A stretch of 30,017 nucleotides of DNA from a virus (Duplodnaviria; Caudoviricetes), in the IMG/VR virus record IMGVR_UViG_3300044723_007291, positions 1 to 30,017 of that record; one strand, given 5' to 3'. The position numbers were made by a program, and so were the translations under genes. Below the pieces are notes generated by a model. That model searched no databases and was not told the origin of the DNA. It was given only the letters and a program-made list of their open reading frames with translations. Every line of letters begins with the position of its first letter. Position 1 is the stretch's first letter. Shown here one piece after another: positions 10,201 to 17,494 of the stretch.

Positions 10201-11348
10201 CACTTAGTGCTACACAACTTAGTGTAACAGGAGACATTGTTGCTACTGGTGATATTACTGCAAATGGTGATATTACACTTGGTGATGCTGCAACTGATAC
10301 GATTACGTTTAATGCAGACATTGCAAGTAATATTATTCCAGATGCTAACAATACTCGTGATATTGGTGCTAGTGGTACAGCATTTGCAAATGTTCATGCT
10401 ACTACATTCACTGGTGCTCTAACTGGTGATGTAACAGGTAATGCTGATACTGCAACTACATTAGAAACTGCTCGTAACATAGGTGGCGTTAGTTTTGATG
10501 GTAGTGCAGCAATTAACTTACCAGGTGTTAATACTGGTGGTAACCAGGATACTTCAGGTAATGCAGCGACTGCAACTGCATTAGAAACTGCAAGAAACAT
10601 AGGCGGTGTATCATTTGATGGTACTGCAGCAATTAACTTACCAGGTGTTAATACTGGTGGTAACCAGGATACTTCAGGTAATGCAGCGACTGCAACCACC
10701 TTAGAAACTGCTCGTAACATAGGTGGTGTTAGTTTTAATGGAAGTGCAAATATTAACTTACCAGGTGTTAATACTTCAGGTAATCAGGATACAAGTGGTA
10801 CTGCAGCAATAGCAACTACAGTTACAGTAGCAGATGAAAGTAGTGATACAACTTGTAATGTACTGTTTACAACTGCAGCAACAGGTAATTTAGCACCTAA
10901 ATCAGGTACTAACTTAACATTTGATAGTGCAAACGGTAACTTGACAACTACAACATTTACTGGTGTTGCAACAAGCGCACAATACGCTGACTTGGCTGAG
11001 ATGTACGCAGCAGACGAGGAAATTGCTCCTGGTACTGTTGTACACTTTGCAGGTGAAGGCAAACTAGCAGAATGTGATATTGAAAACTGTCGTGCAGTTG
11101 CAGGTATTGTAAGTACTGATCCAGCACACTTGATGAACAGTGCGCAGGAAGGTGTTGCACTAGCACTAGCAGGTCGTGTACCATGTAAAGTAACTGGCGC
11201 AGTAGCAGCAGGTGACTTGATGGTAAGTGCAGGCAACGGTATGGCAATGGCTAATAACGAAGCAGCAATGGGTACAGTAATTGGTAAAGCAATCGAAGCC
11301 AACGAAGGTGGCGAAGGCGTTATTGAAGTACTAGCACTAATGATGTAA
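7269..11348 (+). CDS. Long tail fibre-like protein with C-terminal peptidase-G2-like chaperone domain
   Basis: Start reassigned to ATG 7269 on the basis of SD GGAG, giving 1359 aa. Thr/Ser/Gly-rich with LTNKT and DAATKAYVD motifs. C-terminus YADLAE..PGTV..GIVSTDPA.LMN..GRVPCKV..GDLMVS..IGKA. Confidence 0.75.
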   Translation: MALTRIKTNQITDGAVTTAKIGANAVTSAKLENNLTYGSNFTVSGNLTVSGTTTSVSTTNTRVEDAIIALSAEATGSGSVDSGLLINRGDDDNQAFLWDETADEFVVANVGAEDGDTAGNVTISSYAGLHAGAVVYGSLNDGTTTLTSTVAELNLIDGSGAGTIVNSKAVIYGASGEVNATTLQIAGTSITATAAELNIMDGDTSVGTDAFAAGDGLVTNDNGTMKQTSIATLDTFLSASTKTLTNKTIDSASNTLTLDLSEGTLTGTTAEFNSALSDGSFATLAGTETLTNKTLTAPIVDQIEDSNGNELIIFTTTASAVNEITLANAAASGHPTITTTGSDTNINLVLSPKGSGTIDVDTSKIVNVTDPTSNQDAATKAYVDSSVSSGSTLAIAGDSGTDNVVVGTNTFTFSGTSNEIVTAVTDNTVTISLPDDVTIGGDAIVTGNLTVNGTTTTISTTNSVVSDNLIELNNGAGSNANDSGIVIERGSTGDNAIFVWDESADKFTMGTTTATGSSTGDLTITTGTLVANIEGNVTGNVTGSADTLTTARAIQISGDVTGTANFDGSAAINIAATIAANSVALGTDTTGNYVGTVTGGNGIASTGATSGEGIAHSLSVDLADTAIFASDGTASRAVVLDGSGDFTASTVTTTNIDGIIGANTAAAGSFTTVGTTGEATLASAIVSDLTSTRIVFAGTSGALEDSANLVFASNSLDVTGAITASGNIDIADAGSLRVGTGNDFTINHDATNTTITNGTGILAIDGAATSAIRINEAGANVDFVVEGENDDDVFIIDASQDNVGIGGTPNANAILDINDTGAILLARGTTAQRPGTAVTGMFRYNTTSNTLEYYDNSDWAGISSDFTLASSQTFSGDDSTTAFTLSALTGADSYTVAGVLVMLNGVVQEPTTVYGISGVTLTFTTAPATGDLIEVRKFTTTTTVTALADSDGDTQVLVEESADEDIIRFDIGGSEKMTLSATQLSVTGDIVATGDITANGDITLGDAATDTITFNADIASNIIPDANNTRDIGASGTAFANVHATTFTGALTGDVTGNADTATTLETARNIGGVSFDGSAAINLPGVNTGGNQDTSGNAATATALETARNIGGVSFDGTAAINLPGVNTGGNQDTSGNAATATTLETARNIGGVSFNGSANINLPGVNTSGNQDTSGTAAIATTVTVADESSDTTCNVLFTTAATGNLAPKSGTNLTFDSANGNLTTTTFTGVATSAQYADLAEMYAADEEIAPGTVVHFAGEGKLAECDIENCRAVAGIVSTDPAHLMNSAQEGVALALAGRVPCKVTGAVAAGDLMVSAGNGMAMANNEAAMGTVIGKAIEANEGGEGVIEVLALMM
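10441..10800 (+). repeat. Three tandem 120-bp (40-aa) repeats inside the fibre gene
   Basis: Units start at 10441, 10561 and 10681 and encode NAxTATxLETARNIGGVSFxGxAxINLPGVNTxGNQDTSG. 10505-10576 is identical to 10625-10696. Confidence 0.95.
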
Positions 11349-11366
11349 TAATAAAAATATATAAAG

Positions 11367-11393
11367 AATAGCACCTTTGGGTGCTATTTTTTT
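11367..11393 (+). terminator. Rho-independent terminator
   Basis: AATAGCACC-tttg-GGTGCTATT followed by a T-tract. Confidence 0.9.
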
Positions 11394-11407
11394 GACTTAA
11401 AAGAACG

Positions 11408-11415
11408 GATAAATA
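11408..11415 (+). promoter_or_regulatory. T4-like late promoter box
   Basis: GATAAATA between the terminator and SD AAGGA / ATG 11442. Confidence 0.75.
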
Positions 11416-11441
11416 CAAGCAGTTAATTAAGGAATGTATAT

Positions 11442-13769
11442 ATGGCGTTTACCAGACCTAAAGCCGCGCAAATTGATTTTGATGTAACTAATATATCAGA
11501 TCCACTGATTAGACTTAACAGTGCTGAAACAGGAAGTGCAGACAAAGATGTTGGTATCGTAATTGAGCGCGGTGATGACACCAACGTTGCTATTATATAT
11601 GATGAAAGTGCAGACCAGTTTGTACTAGTAAACACCACAGAAACAGGCACTACAAGCGGTAATGTAACAATTGCAAGTTATGCAGGTATGCAAGCAAATG
11701 CTATTGTATATGGTTCACTAAATGATGGCACTACTACACTGTCTGCAACTGTCGCAGAACTCAACCACTTAGATGGTGTTACAGGTATTACACTAGGCAC
11801 TGCTGGCAATATTCTTATTGTTGACAGCGATGGTACAGGTATTGCAAGTGACACTAGTTTAACCATTGACACAGCCAACAACAGACTTGGTATTAATCAA
11901 ACTAGCCCTGAAGTTACACTGCACATGACAGGTGAAAGTTCACAGTCGGCACAAATACGCATGGAGCAACACGATAACAGTGTAGATGCTCCAGACATTA
12001 GAACACGCAAAAGCCGAGGTACAGCGGCTAGTTCAACAACTATAAGTGCTGGTGACTATCTCTTTAGAATGAACGCAGAATACTACAATGGCACAAGTTA
12101 TGTAGTTGGTGGTCAGATTGCTATAGATTCTAGTGGTTCTAATATCAACAGAACAGTTATATCACTCAGTGCAACCAAAGATGGCACAGGTGTGGATGCT
12201 GCTACACTTGCTGATGTTGATCTTAGGATTGACGGTAACGACAGTGGTGCTATTACATTCAACAACGCATACAAATTTCCAACCTCGGATGGTAGTGCAA
12301 ACCAGTTCTTACAAACAGATGGTAGTGGAGCATTAAGTTTTGCTACAGTTACATCTAGTTTTACACTTGCTGCTGATAGCGGAACAAGTGATTCATTTAG
12401 TACTGGCGGAACATTAACTTTTGATGGCGGCACAGGCATAGATACAACTGTAAGCAATGATCAAATAAGCATTGCTATTGACAGCACAGTCGCCACACTT
12501 ACCGGCAGTCAGACACTAACAAACAAAACACTAACTACACCTGTTATCAGTAGTATTAGTAACACAGGCACACTAACACTTCCTACTAGCACAGATACAC
12601 TGATTGGTCGTGCTACTACAGACACACTTACAAACAAGACTCTAACAAGCCCTACTATTAGTACACCAACTATTACTGGCAACACCACAATATCTAATGA
12701 CTTAACAGTATCAGGTAACTTAACTGTTAGTGGGACAACAACTACATTGAGTACTACAAACAGTGTAGTCAGTGACAGTTTAATAGAACTAAACAATGGC
12801 GCAAGTAGTAATGCCAATGACTTAGGTATTGTCATGGAACGCGGTAGCACAGGTGATAATGCAATCTTTGCCTGGGACGAAAGTGCTGATGCATTTGTTA
12901 TGGGTACAACTACTGCTACAGGTGAAAGTACTGGTGACCTTACTATTGCTAACGGCGAACTTAGACTAGATACACTACGCATTGACCAAAGCGGAACTGG
13001 TTTGCGTATGACAAATGTTGGTGCGTTTGACAATGATGGTAGCGACAACTTTCGTATTTTTGCTACCAATGATTTACAACTTAAAGCAAATGGTGATTCG
13101 GGTGGCGGTTTAACAATTGATGCTACAAATCAAGATGTAACTATTACAAACGATTTGCGTGTAACTGCTGGTCAGTTCTACTACGGTGGTACTGCAGTAA
13201 CTAGCACAGCCGCTGAACTTAACATACTTGATGGTGTTACGGCAACAGCAGCAGAACTAAACATAATTGACGGTGACACTGCAGCAACTAGTACCACACT
13301 TGCTGACGCTGACAGAGTTGTAGTCAATGATGCAGGCACAATGAAGCAGGTTGCACTTACAGATTTTGAAACATATTTTGAAACTGCACTTGATACACTC
13401 AGCAATGTCACCAGTGTTGGCACACTAAACGGACTTACTATTGCAAGCACACAAACCATAGACATGGGTGCCAATAGAGTTACAAGTGTTGCAGATCCAG
13501 TAGGAAACCAAGATGCTGCAACAAAAGCATATGTGGATGCAAACGCCGGCGGCGAAGGTGGCGCAAGTGGATTTACAGCAAGTACAACTACTACTGCTCC
13601 GGGTAGTGACGGTGATTTTGATTTAAGTTTTAATGTTGCACAAGACACACAAGAAACACCCTTTGAAGCAGGCGGCAGTGATGCTTTTGGTGTTTCGTTA
13701 GGCGAAGTTTATGATCAGATGGAACCAGTAGGAAGTACTAGTGTAGTAGACTTGGGCGCATTTACATGA
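11442..13769 (+). CDS. Tail fibre-like protein
   Basis: 775 aa with two GIVxERG..(W/Y)DESAD modules, TLTNKTLT repeats, TAAELNILDG repeats and QDAATKAYVD. Extensive module sharing with gene 7269. Confidence 0.75.
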   Translation: MAFTRPKAAQIDFDVTNISDPLIRLNSAETGSADKDVGIVIERGDDTNVAIIYDESADQFVLVNTTETGTTSGNVTIASYAGMQANAIVYGSLNDGTTTLSATVAELNHLDGVTGITLGTAGNILIVDSDGTGIASDTSLTIDTANNRLGINQTSPEVTLHMTGESSQSAQIRMEQHDNSVDAPDIRTRKSRGTAASSTTISAGDYLFRMNAEYYNGTSYVVGGQIAIDSSGSNINRTVISLSATKDGTGVDAATLADVDLRIDGNDSGAITFNNAYKFPTSDGSANQFLQTDGSGALSFATVTSSFTLAADSGTSDSFSTGGTLTFDGGTGIDTTVSNDQISIAIDSTVATLTGSQTLTNKTLTTPVISSISNTGTLTLPTSTDTLIGRATTDTLTNKTLTSPTISTPTITGNTTISNDLTVSGNLTVSGTTTTLSTTNSVVSDSLIELNNGASSNANDLGIVMERGSTGDNAIFAWDESADAFVMGTTTATGESTGDLTIANGELRLDTLRIDQSGTGLRMTNVGAFDNDGSDNFRIFATNDLQLKANGDSGGGLTIDATNQDVTITNDLRVTAGQFYYGGTAVTSTAAELNILDGVTATAAELNIIDGDTAATSTTLADADRVVVNDAGTMKQVALTDFETYFETALDTLSNVTSVGTLNGLTIASTQTIDMGANRVTSVADPVGNQDAATKAYVDANAGGEGGASGFTASTTTTAPGSDGDFDLSFNVAQDTQETPFEAGGSDAFGVSLGEVYDQMEPVGSTSVVDLGAFT

Positions 13770-13775
13770 TAAATA
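13768..13775 (+). promoter_or_regulatory. T4-like late promoter box
   Basis: GATAAATA overlapping the upstream TGA, followed by SD AAGGA and ATG 13793. Confidence 0.7.
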
Positions 13776-13792
13776 TAGCAAAGGATTAAAAG

Positions 13793-14959
13793 ATGCCAAC
13801 ACAGTTACAATTTAGAAGAGGTACAACTGCCCAGAACAATGCATTTACAGGTGCGGCAGGTGAGATTAGTATAGATACAGATCTTAATACCATGAGAGTT
13901 CATGATGGTAGTACTGCAGGTGGCCAAACATTACCAACACTAACTGCAACGCAAACTTTTACTAATAAGACATTAACTAGTCCAACTATCACAGGTACTG
14001 GTGCTATTGCTGGTACATTCACTGGTAATATTACAGGCGATGTTACTGGAAACGCAGATACTGCAACTACTGCAACAGCACTTGCAACAGCAAGAGCAAT
14101 TCAAGTCAGTGGCGCCGTAACAGGTACCGCCAACTTTGATGGTAGTGCAGCAATTAACATTGTGACCACTAATACTGCTGATCCAACAATCACACTTACT
14201 GGTGCAGTAACTGGATCAGGCACATTAACAAACTTGGGTGATGTAAGTATTGCAACAACTGCTACTGCAGATCCAACAATCACACTTGCTGGCGACTTGA
14301 GTGGTAGTGCAACTCTTACTAATTTAGGCAGTGCTACTCTTACTGCAACTATTGCAGCTAACTCAGTAGCACTTAGTACTGATACAACTGGAAACTATGT
14401 ACAACAAGGTGCTACAAGTGGTAATGGTATAAGCGGTAGCGTAAACAGTGAAGGCGGAACATTTACTGTAACAAGTAATGCAACCAACGCAAACACAGGT
14501 AGTACTATCGTATTTAGAGACAGTAGTGGCGACTTTAGTGCAGGCGTTATTACAGCAACAACCACTGCAGCACGATACGCTGACTTGGCAGAACGCTATA
14601 CAGCAGACGCAGACTATGAGCCAGGCACAGTATTAGTATTTGGCGGCGAAGCAGAAGTTACACAAGCTACAAATAAGTATGATAAACGTATTGCTGGTAT
14701 TGTAAGTACTGATCCTGCTTTTCTAATGAACGAAAGTTTAGAAGATGGTATTAGTGTTGGTCTTGTAGGACGCTTGCCTTGTAAAGTAGTTGGCGAGATC
14801 CGCAAAGGTGACTTGATGGTGAGCAGTGCAACTCCAGGATATGCAGAAGCATGGCGTGACGAAAGCAATCCTCCAGCAGGTAGTGTTATTGGTAAAGCAC
14901 TGGAAAATAAAACAGGCGCAAGCACAGACGTTATTGAAGTTGTTGTAGGCAGAATCTAA
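13793..14959 (+). CDS. Short fibre with Mtd-N-like anchor and peptidase-G2-like C-terminal domain
   Basis: N-terminus QLQFRRGTTAQNNAFTGAAGEISIDTD..RVHDGSTAGG fits the Mtd_N/hyaluronidase-N pattern. The C-terminal YADLAERY..GRLPCKV domain is paralogous to that of gene 7269. Confidence 0.75.
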   Translation: MPTQLQFRRGTTAQNNAFTGAAGEISIDTDLNTMRVHDGSTAGGQTLPTLTATQTFTNKTLTSPTITGTGAIAGTFTGNITGDVTGNADTATTATALATARAIQVSGAVTGTANFDGSAAINIVTTNTADPTITLTGAVTGSGTLTNLGDVSIATTATADPTITLAGDLSGSATLTNLGSATLTATIAANSVALSTDTTGNYVQQGATSGNGISGSVNSEGGTFTVTSNATNANTGSTIVFRDSSGDFSAGVITATTTAARYADLAERYTADADYEPGTVLVFGGEAEVTQATNKYDKRIAGIVSTDPAFLMNESLEDGISVGLVGRLPCKVVGEIRKGDLMVSSATPGYAEAWRDESNPPAGSVIGKALENKTGASTDVIEVVVGRI

Positions 14960-15705
14960 TGTCCCAGGGACGGTTTTATACCGCAGACTACATGGGGGAG
15001 ATGGTCAGCGCAAATACTAGTTGGAAAACACGCAACGATCCGGACAGTATGACATGGGTTGAAAAAACCATCATTAATGAAGATCATGATGGTATTGCAC
15101 ATGTGATTGGCAACAGCAAATCTCGAAGCAAATTTGATTTAAGAATGCTTAAAGGACAAACAGGCGGCGCTAGAGGTGTGCGTAGTGTAGGTCAAAGTTA
15201 TGGATGTAATTTACTATACAAAGATTTTATCCCAACATTTTTAATTGTTCTTAATAAAGACATTTGCACAGACATTGCAAGTAGTGATTACACTGAAGAA
15301 AATATTGTTTATAGTAATGTAAAAAATATTCTAGCACATTCAGGCAATTTTCATTTATATCCTCAAATGTATACAGGTAGTGCAGGTAATTTAGCGTTAC
15401 GTCTTGCATGTGCAGATGGACATAAACAAATTTTTATGGTTGGAATGACCTGTTATAGTGATTCTTTTGATAATATGTATATAGGTGAACATGATTCATA
15501 TACTGAAACAAATCTTGAAAGTGCAAACGCAAAGTTTACACAAGAAAACGCTAAGACATTTCTAACATATAATGATGTTGAGTTTTATTATGTTGCAAAT
15601 GATATAGGACTTATGCCTGAAGCATATAACTGGTGCCCTAATGTCAAGGAAATTACATATTTAGAATATTATAACCTAGCAGGACTAGGTGCTGTTGCAC
15701 ATTAA
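14959..15705 (+). CDS. Second GT42/Maf-like glycosyltransferase-fold protein (divergent)
   Basis: Motifs HVIGNSKSR, SYGCNLLY, SAGNLALRLA and IFMVGMT parallel those of gene 364. TAATG-coupled to the fibre gene. Confidence 0.55.
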   Translation: MSQGRFYTADYMGEMVSANTSWKTRNDPDSMTWVEKTIINEDHDGIAHVIGNSKSRSKFDLRMLKGQTGGARGVRSVGQSYGCNLLYKDFIPTFLIVLNKDICTDIASSDYTEENIVYSNVKNILAHSGNFHLYPQMYTGSAGNLALRLACADGHKQIFMVGMTCYSDSFDNMYIGEHDSYTETNLESANAKFTQENAKTFLTYNDVEFYYVANDIGLMPEAYNWCPNVKEITYLEYYNLAGLGAVAH

Positions 15706-16152
15706 ACTTTCGATAGTTGTAATCTTATTAACAATATCTTCAATTTGAAGCGTAGTAAACACTCCAGGATGTAGTGGCTTTGGCCAACTATCTAGTTTAC
15801 TCCACGCATAGCCTTTGTGTTCGCTGTTTAGTTTAGGGATAAATTCATCTTCTACAACACATACATAGGTGCTGTAAGTAAAGTTATTCTTACTATTAGT
15901 AAACTTTTCTACTGGGATAGTTTTTAGTACAAGCGGCATAAAGCCAATCTCTTCAATAATTTCACGCTGAAGTGCAGTATACTCAGTTTCATCTCGTTCT
16001 ACTTTGCCGCCAACAAATGCCCACATATTATTATACCTGGCGCCGTTGCGCAGTACAAACATATATCTACTTGTTGATTTGCTTAGAAATAACGCTCCAA
16101 CACTACTGTTAGATAACGATGCTCCAGTCGCCTGCTTGATATTCGCCTTCAT
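15685..16152 (-). CDS. Nudix hydrolase
   Basis: Perfect Nudix box G-KVERD-E-TEYTALQ-REIIEEIGF. Start is uncertain: ATG 16152 was chosen to minimise overlap with gp15, and 16206 is the alternative. Confidence 0.88.
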   Translation of the reverse strand: MKANIKQATGASLSNSSVGALFLSKSTSRYMFVLRNGARYNNMWAFVGGKVERDETEYTALQREIIEEIGFMPLVLKTIPVEKFTNSKNNFTYSTYVCVVEDEFIPKLNSEHKGYAWSKLDSWPKPLHPGVFTTLQIEDIVNKITTIESLMCNST

Positions 16153-17494
16153 AGCTCTTGACCCATTCTGTTCCGGTCCACTTATACTGAAGTCCTGTGT
16201 TTGCATTAGTCATATAGTGTACACCCGAATCGGTGCTACTGTCAAATGCTATTTGCCAACCTGTGCCATTATATTCAACAATGTCGTTGCTACCTGCTAC
16301 TAAATCTCCCCATGCATCTGGACCGTCTGTATTGTCCGCATCGCCAATATTATTAAGGATAAGATAACGCTGCCCTGTTGCTGCAGCCGCAAGTCCTGCA
16401 CCAGGTGCGCTACGCAAAGGATTAATAATTTTTGTAACTGCTGGAATATCATTTGTTGGAATAGTATCGCTTTGTATTGTCCATAGCAGTTTGTGTGGAT
16501 CACTAGGATGGAACGCAACTGTGCCTACTATTTCTGCAGAGCCTTGCTCTAAACGTAGTTGACTTATACCACTTTGTAGTTCACCATATTGATTGATAAG
16601 TGCAGCCCAACTAACATCATCTGAGCCAACTTTTTCTGGTGGATCATTTAATGGTGTATAATTTACTTTGTTAGTGCTAGTTTCATTGCGATCTAGTATT
16701 TGTACAGTGTTGCCAAGTATAATAATACCAAAATTCATTGGCGTAAATTTCATACGCTCACCTAGCAGTATTTGTCCATCAATAACACCATCTGCAATAC
16801 CACCCTGATCATCATATATACTAGCAACAATCTTGTTTATAACACCAAGTTTCTTAACCTTAGCAGGTGCAGTTAACCATATTGGAACAGTAAATGAAAG
16901 TGTAGCAATATCAATTTGTTCATCAACACCTACAGGCACACTTCTGCTACTAAATTGTACATTTGCAAGTTCAATATAACTTAAACTTGTCCAATCTAAA
17001 TAGTTATCAGTGCTTTGTATTTCAAGTGCAGGATTATACAGTACTAGTATTTGTTCCATTAGTTGTAGTTTTTGATTAGTATTACTAGTCCACACATCCA
17101 CATTTAATTGCAGTGTATATGGAACAGGCATAACACGTTCAACTGTAAATGCATTTCCTTGCTGTGTGTTGTATTCGTTTGTATTAGGATCGAACTTGCG
17201 CATACGAATATGCTTCTTGTCAATAAATGTAGGATCTTGTCTGCGCTCTGCGTTGTATTCTAGTCCTGTCATATAACAACTAATCATAGGTGTTGGTATA
17301 ATTTTGTTCTCACTGTTTTCACGAATAATGCTGCTTACCATACGAGTACTATCGCCATACTTGACAGGCACAGTGACCAGCGTGACATTACCATCTCTGT
17401 CCTTGCCATACTCAACTTGAAAGTTACTAAATGCACGAATAAACTGCAATAGGAAACGTCTTATCTGTTCATCATAAAAGAATTGTTGTGGCAT
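16109..17494 (-). CDS. T4 gp15-like tail terminator/sheath stabiliser with C-terminal extension
   Basis: FFYDEQIRRFLLQF..F, VPVKYG, PMIS, MPVPYTL and QLMEQILVLYNP follow the gp15 pattern. Lies next to the gp14-like gene. Confidence 0.75.
   Translation of the reverse strand: MPQQFFYDEQIRRFLLQFIRAFSNFQVEYGKDRDGNVTLVTVPVKYGDSTRMVSSIIRENSENKIIPTPMISCYMTGLEYNAERRQDPTFIDKKHIRMRKFDPNTNEYNTQQGNAFTVERVMPVPYTLQLNVDVWTSNTNQKLQLMEQILVLYNPALEIQSTDNYLDWTSLSYIELANVQFSSRSVPVGVDEQIDIATLSFTVPIWLTAPAKVKKLGVINKIVASIYDDQGGIADGVIDGQILLGERMKFTPMNFGIIILGNTVQILDRNETSTNKVNYTPLNDPPEKVGSDDVSWAALINQYGELQSGISQLRLEQGSAEIVGTVAFHPSDPHKLLWTIQSDTIPTNDIPAVTKIINPLRSAPGAGLAAAATGQRYLILNNIGDADNTDGPDAWGDLVAGSNDIVEYNGTGWQIAFDSSTDSGVHYMTNANTGLQYKWTGTEWVKSYEGEYQAGDWSIVI

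Noticed and set aside
10441-10800. CRISPR-like array
   Set aside because: The repeats are contiguous, in-frame 120-bp coding units without unique spacers.
992-14925. Numerous long - strand ORFs opposite the fibre genes (for example 2526-3095, 8267-8842, 10784-11374, 12509-13069)
   Set aside because: They are antisense shadows of codon-biased Thr/Ser/Gly/Ala-rich genes. They have Val/Pro/Leu-rich nonsense composition and no evident SD or promoter.
13793-14959. Diversity-generating retroelement suggested by the Mtd-N-like domain
   Set aside because: No reverse transcriptase is in the window, no template/variable repeat pair differing only at adenines was seen, and the C-terminus is G2-like rather than C-type lectin.
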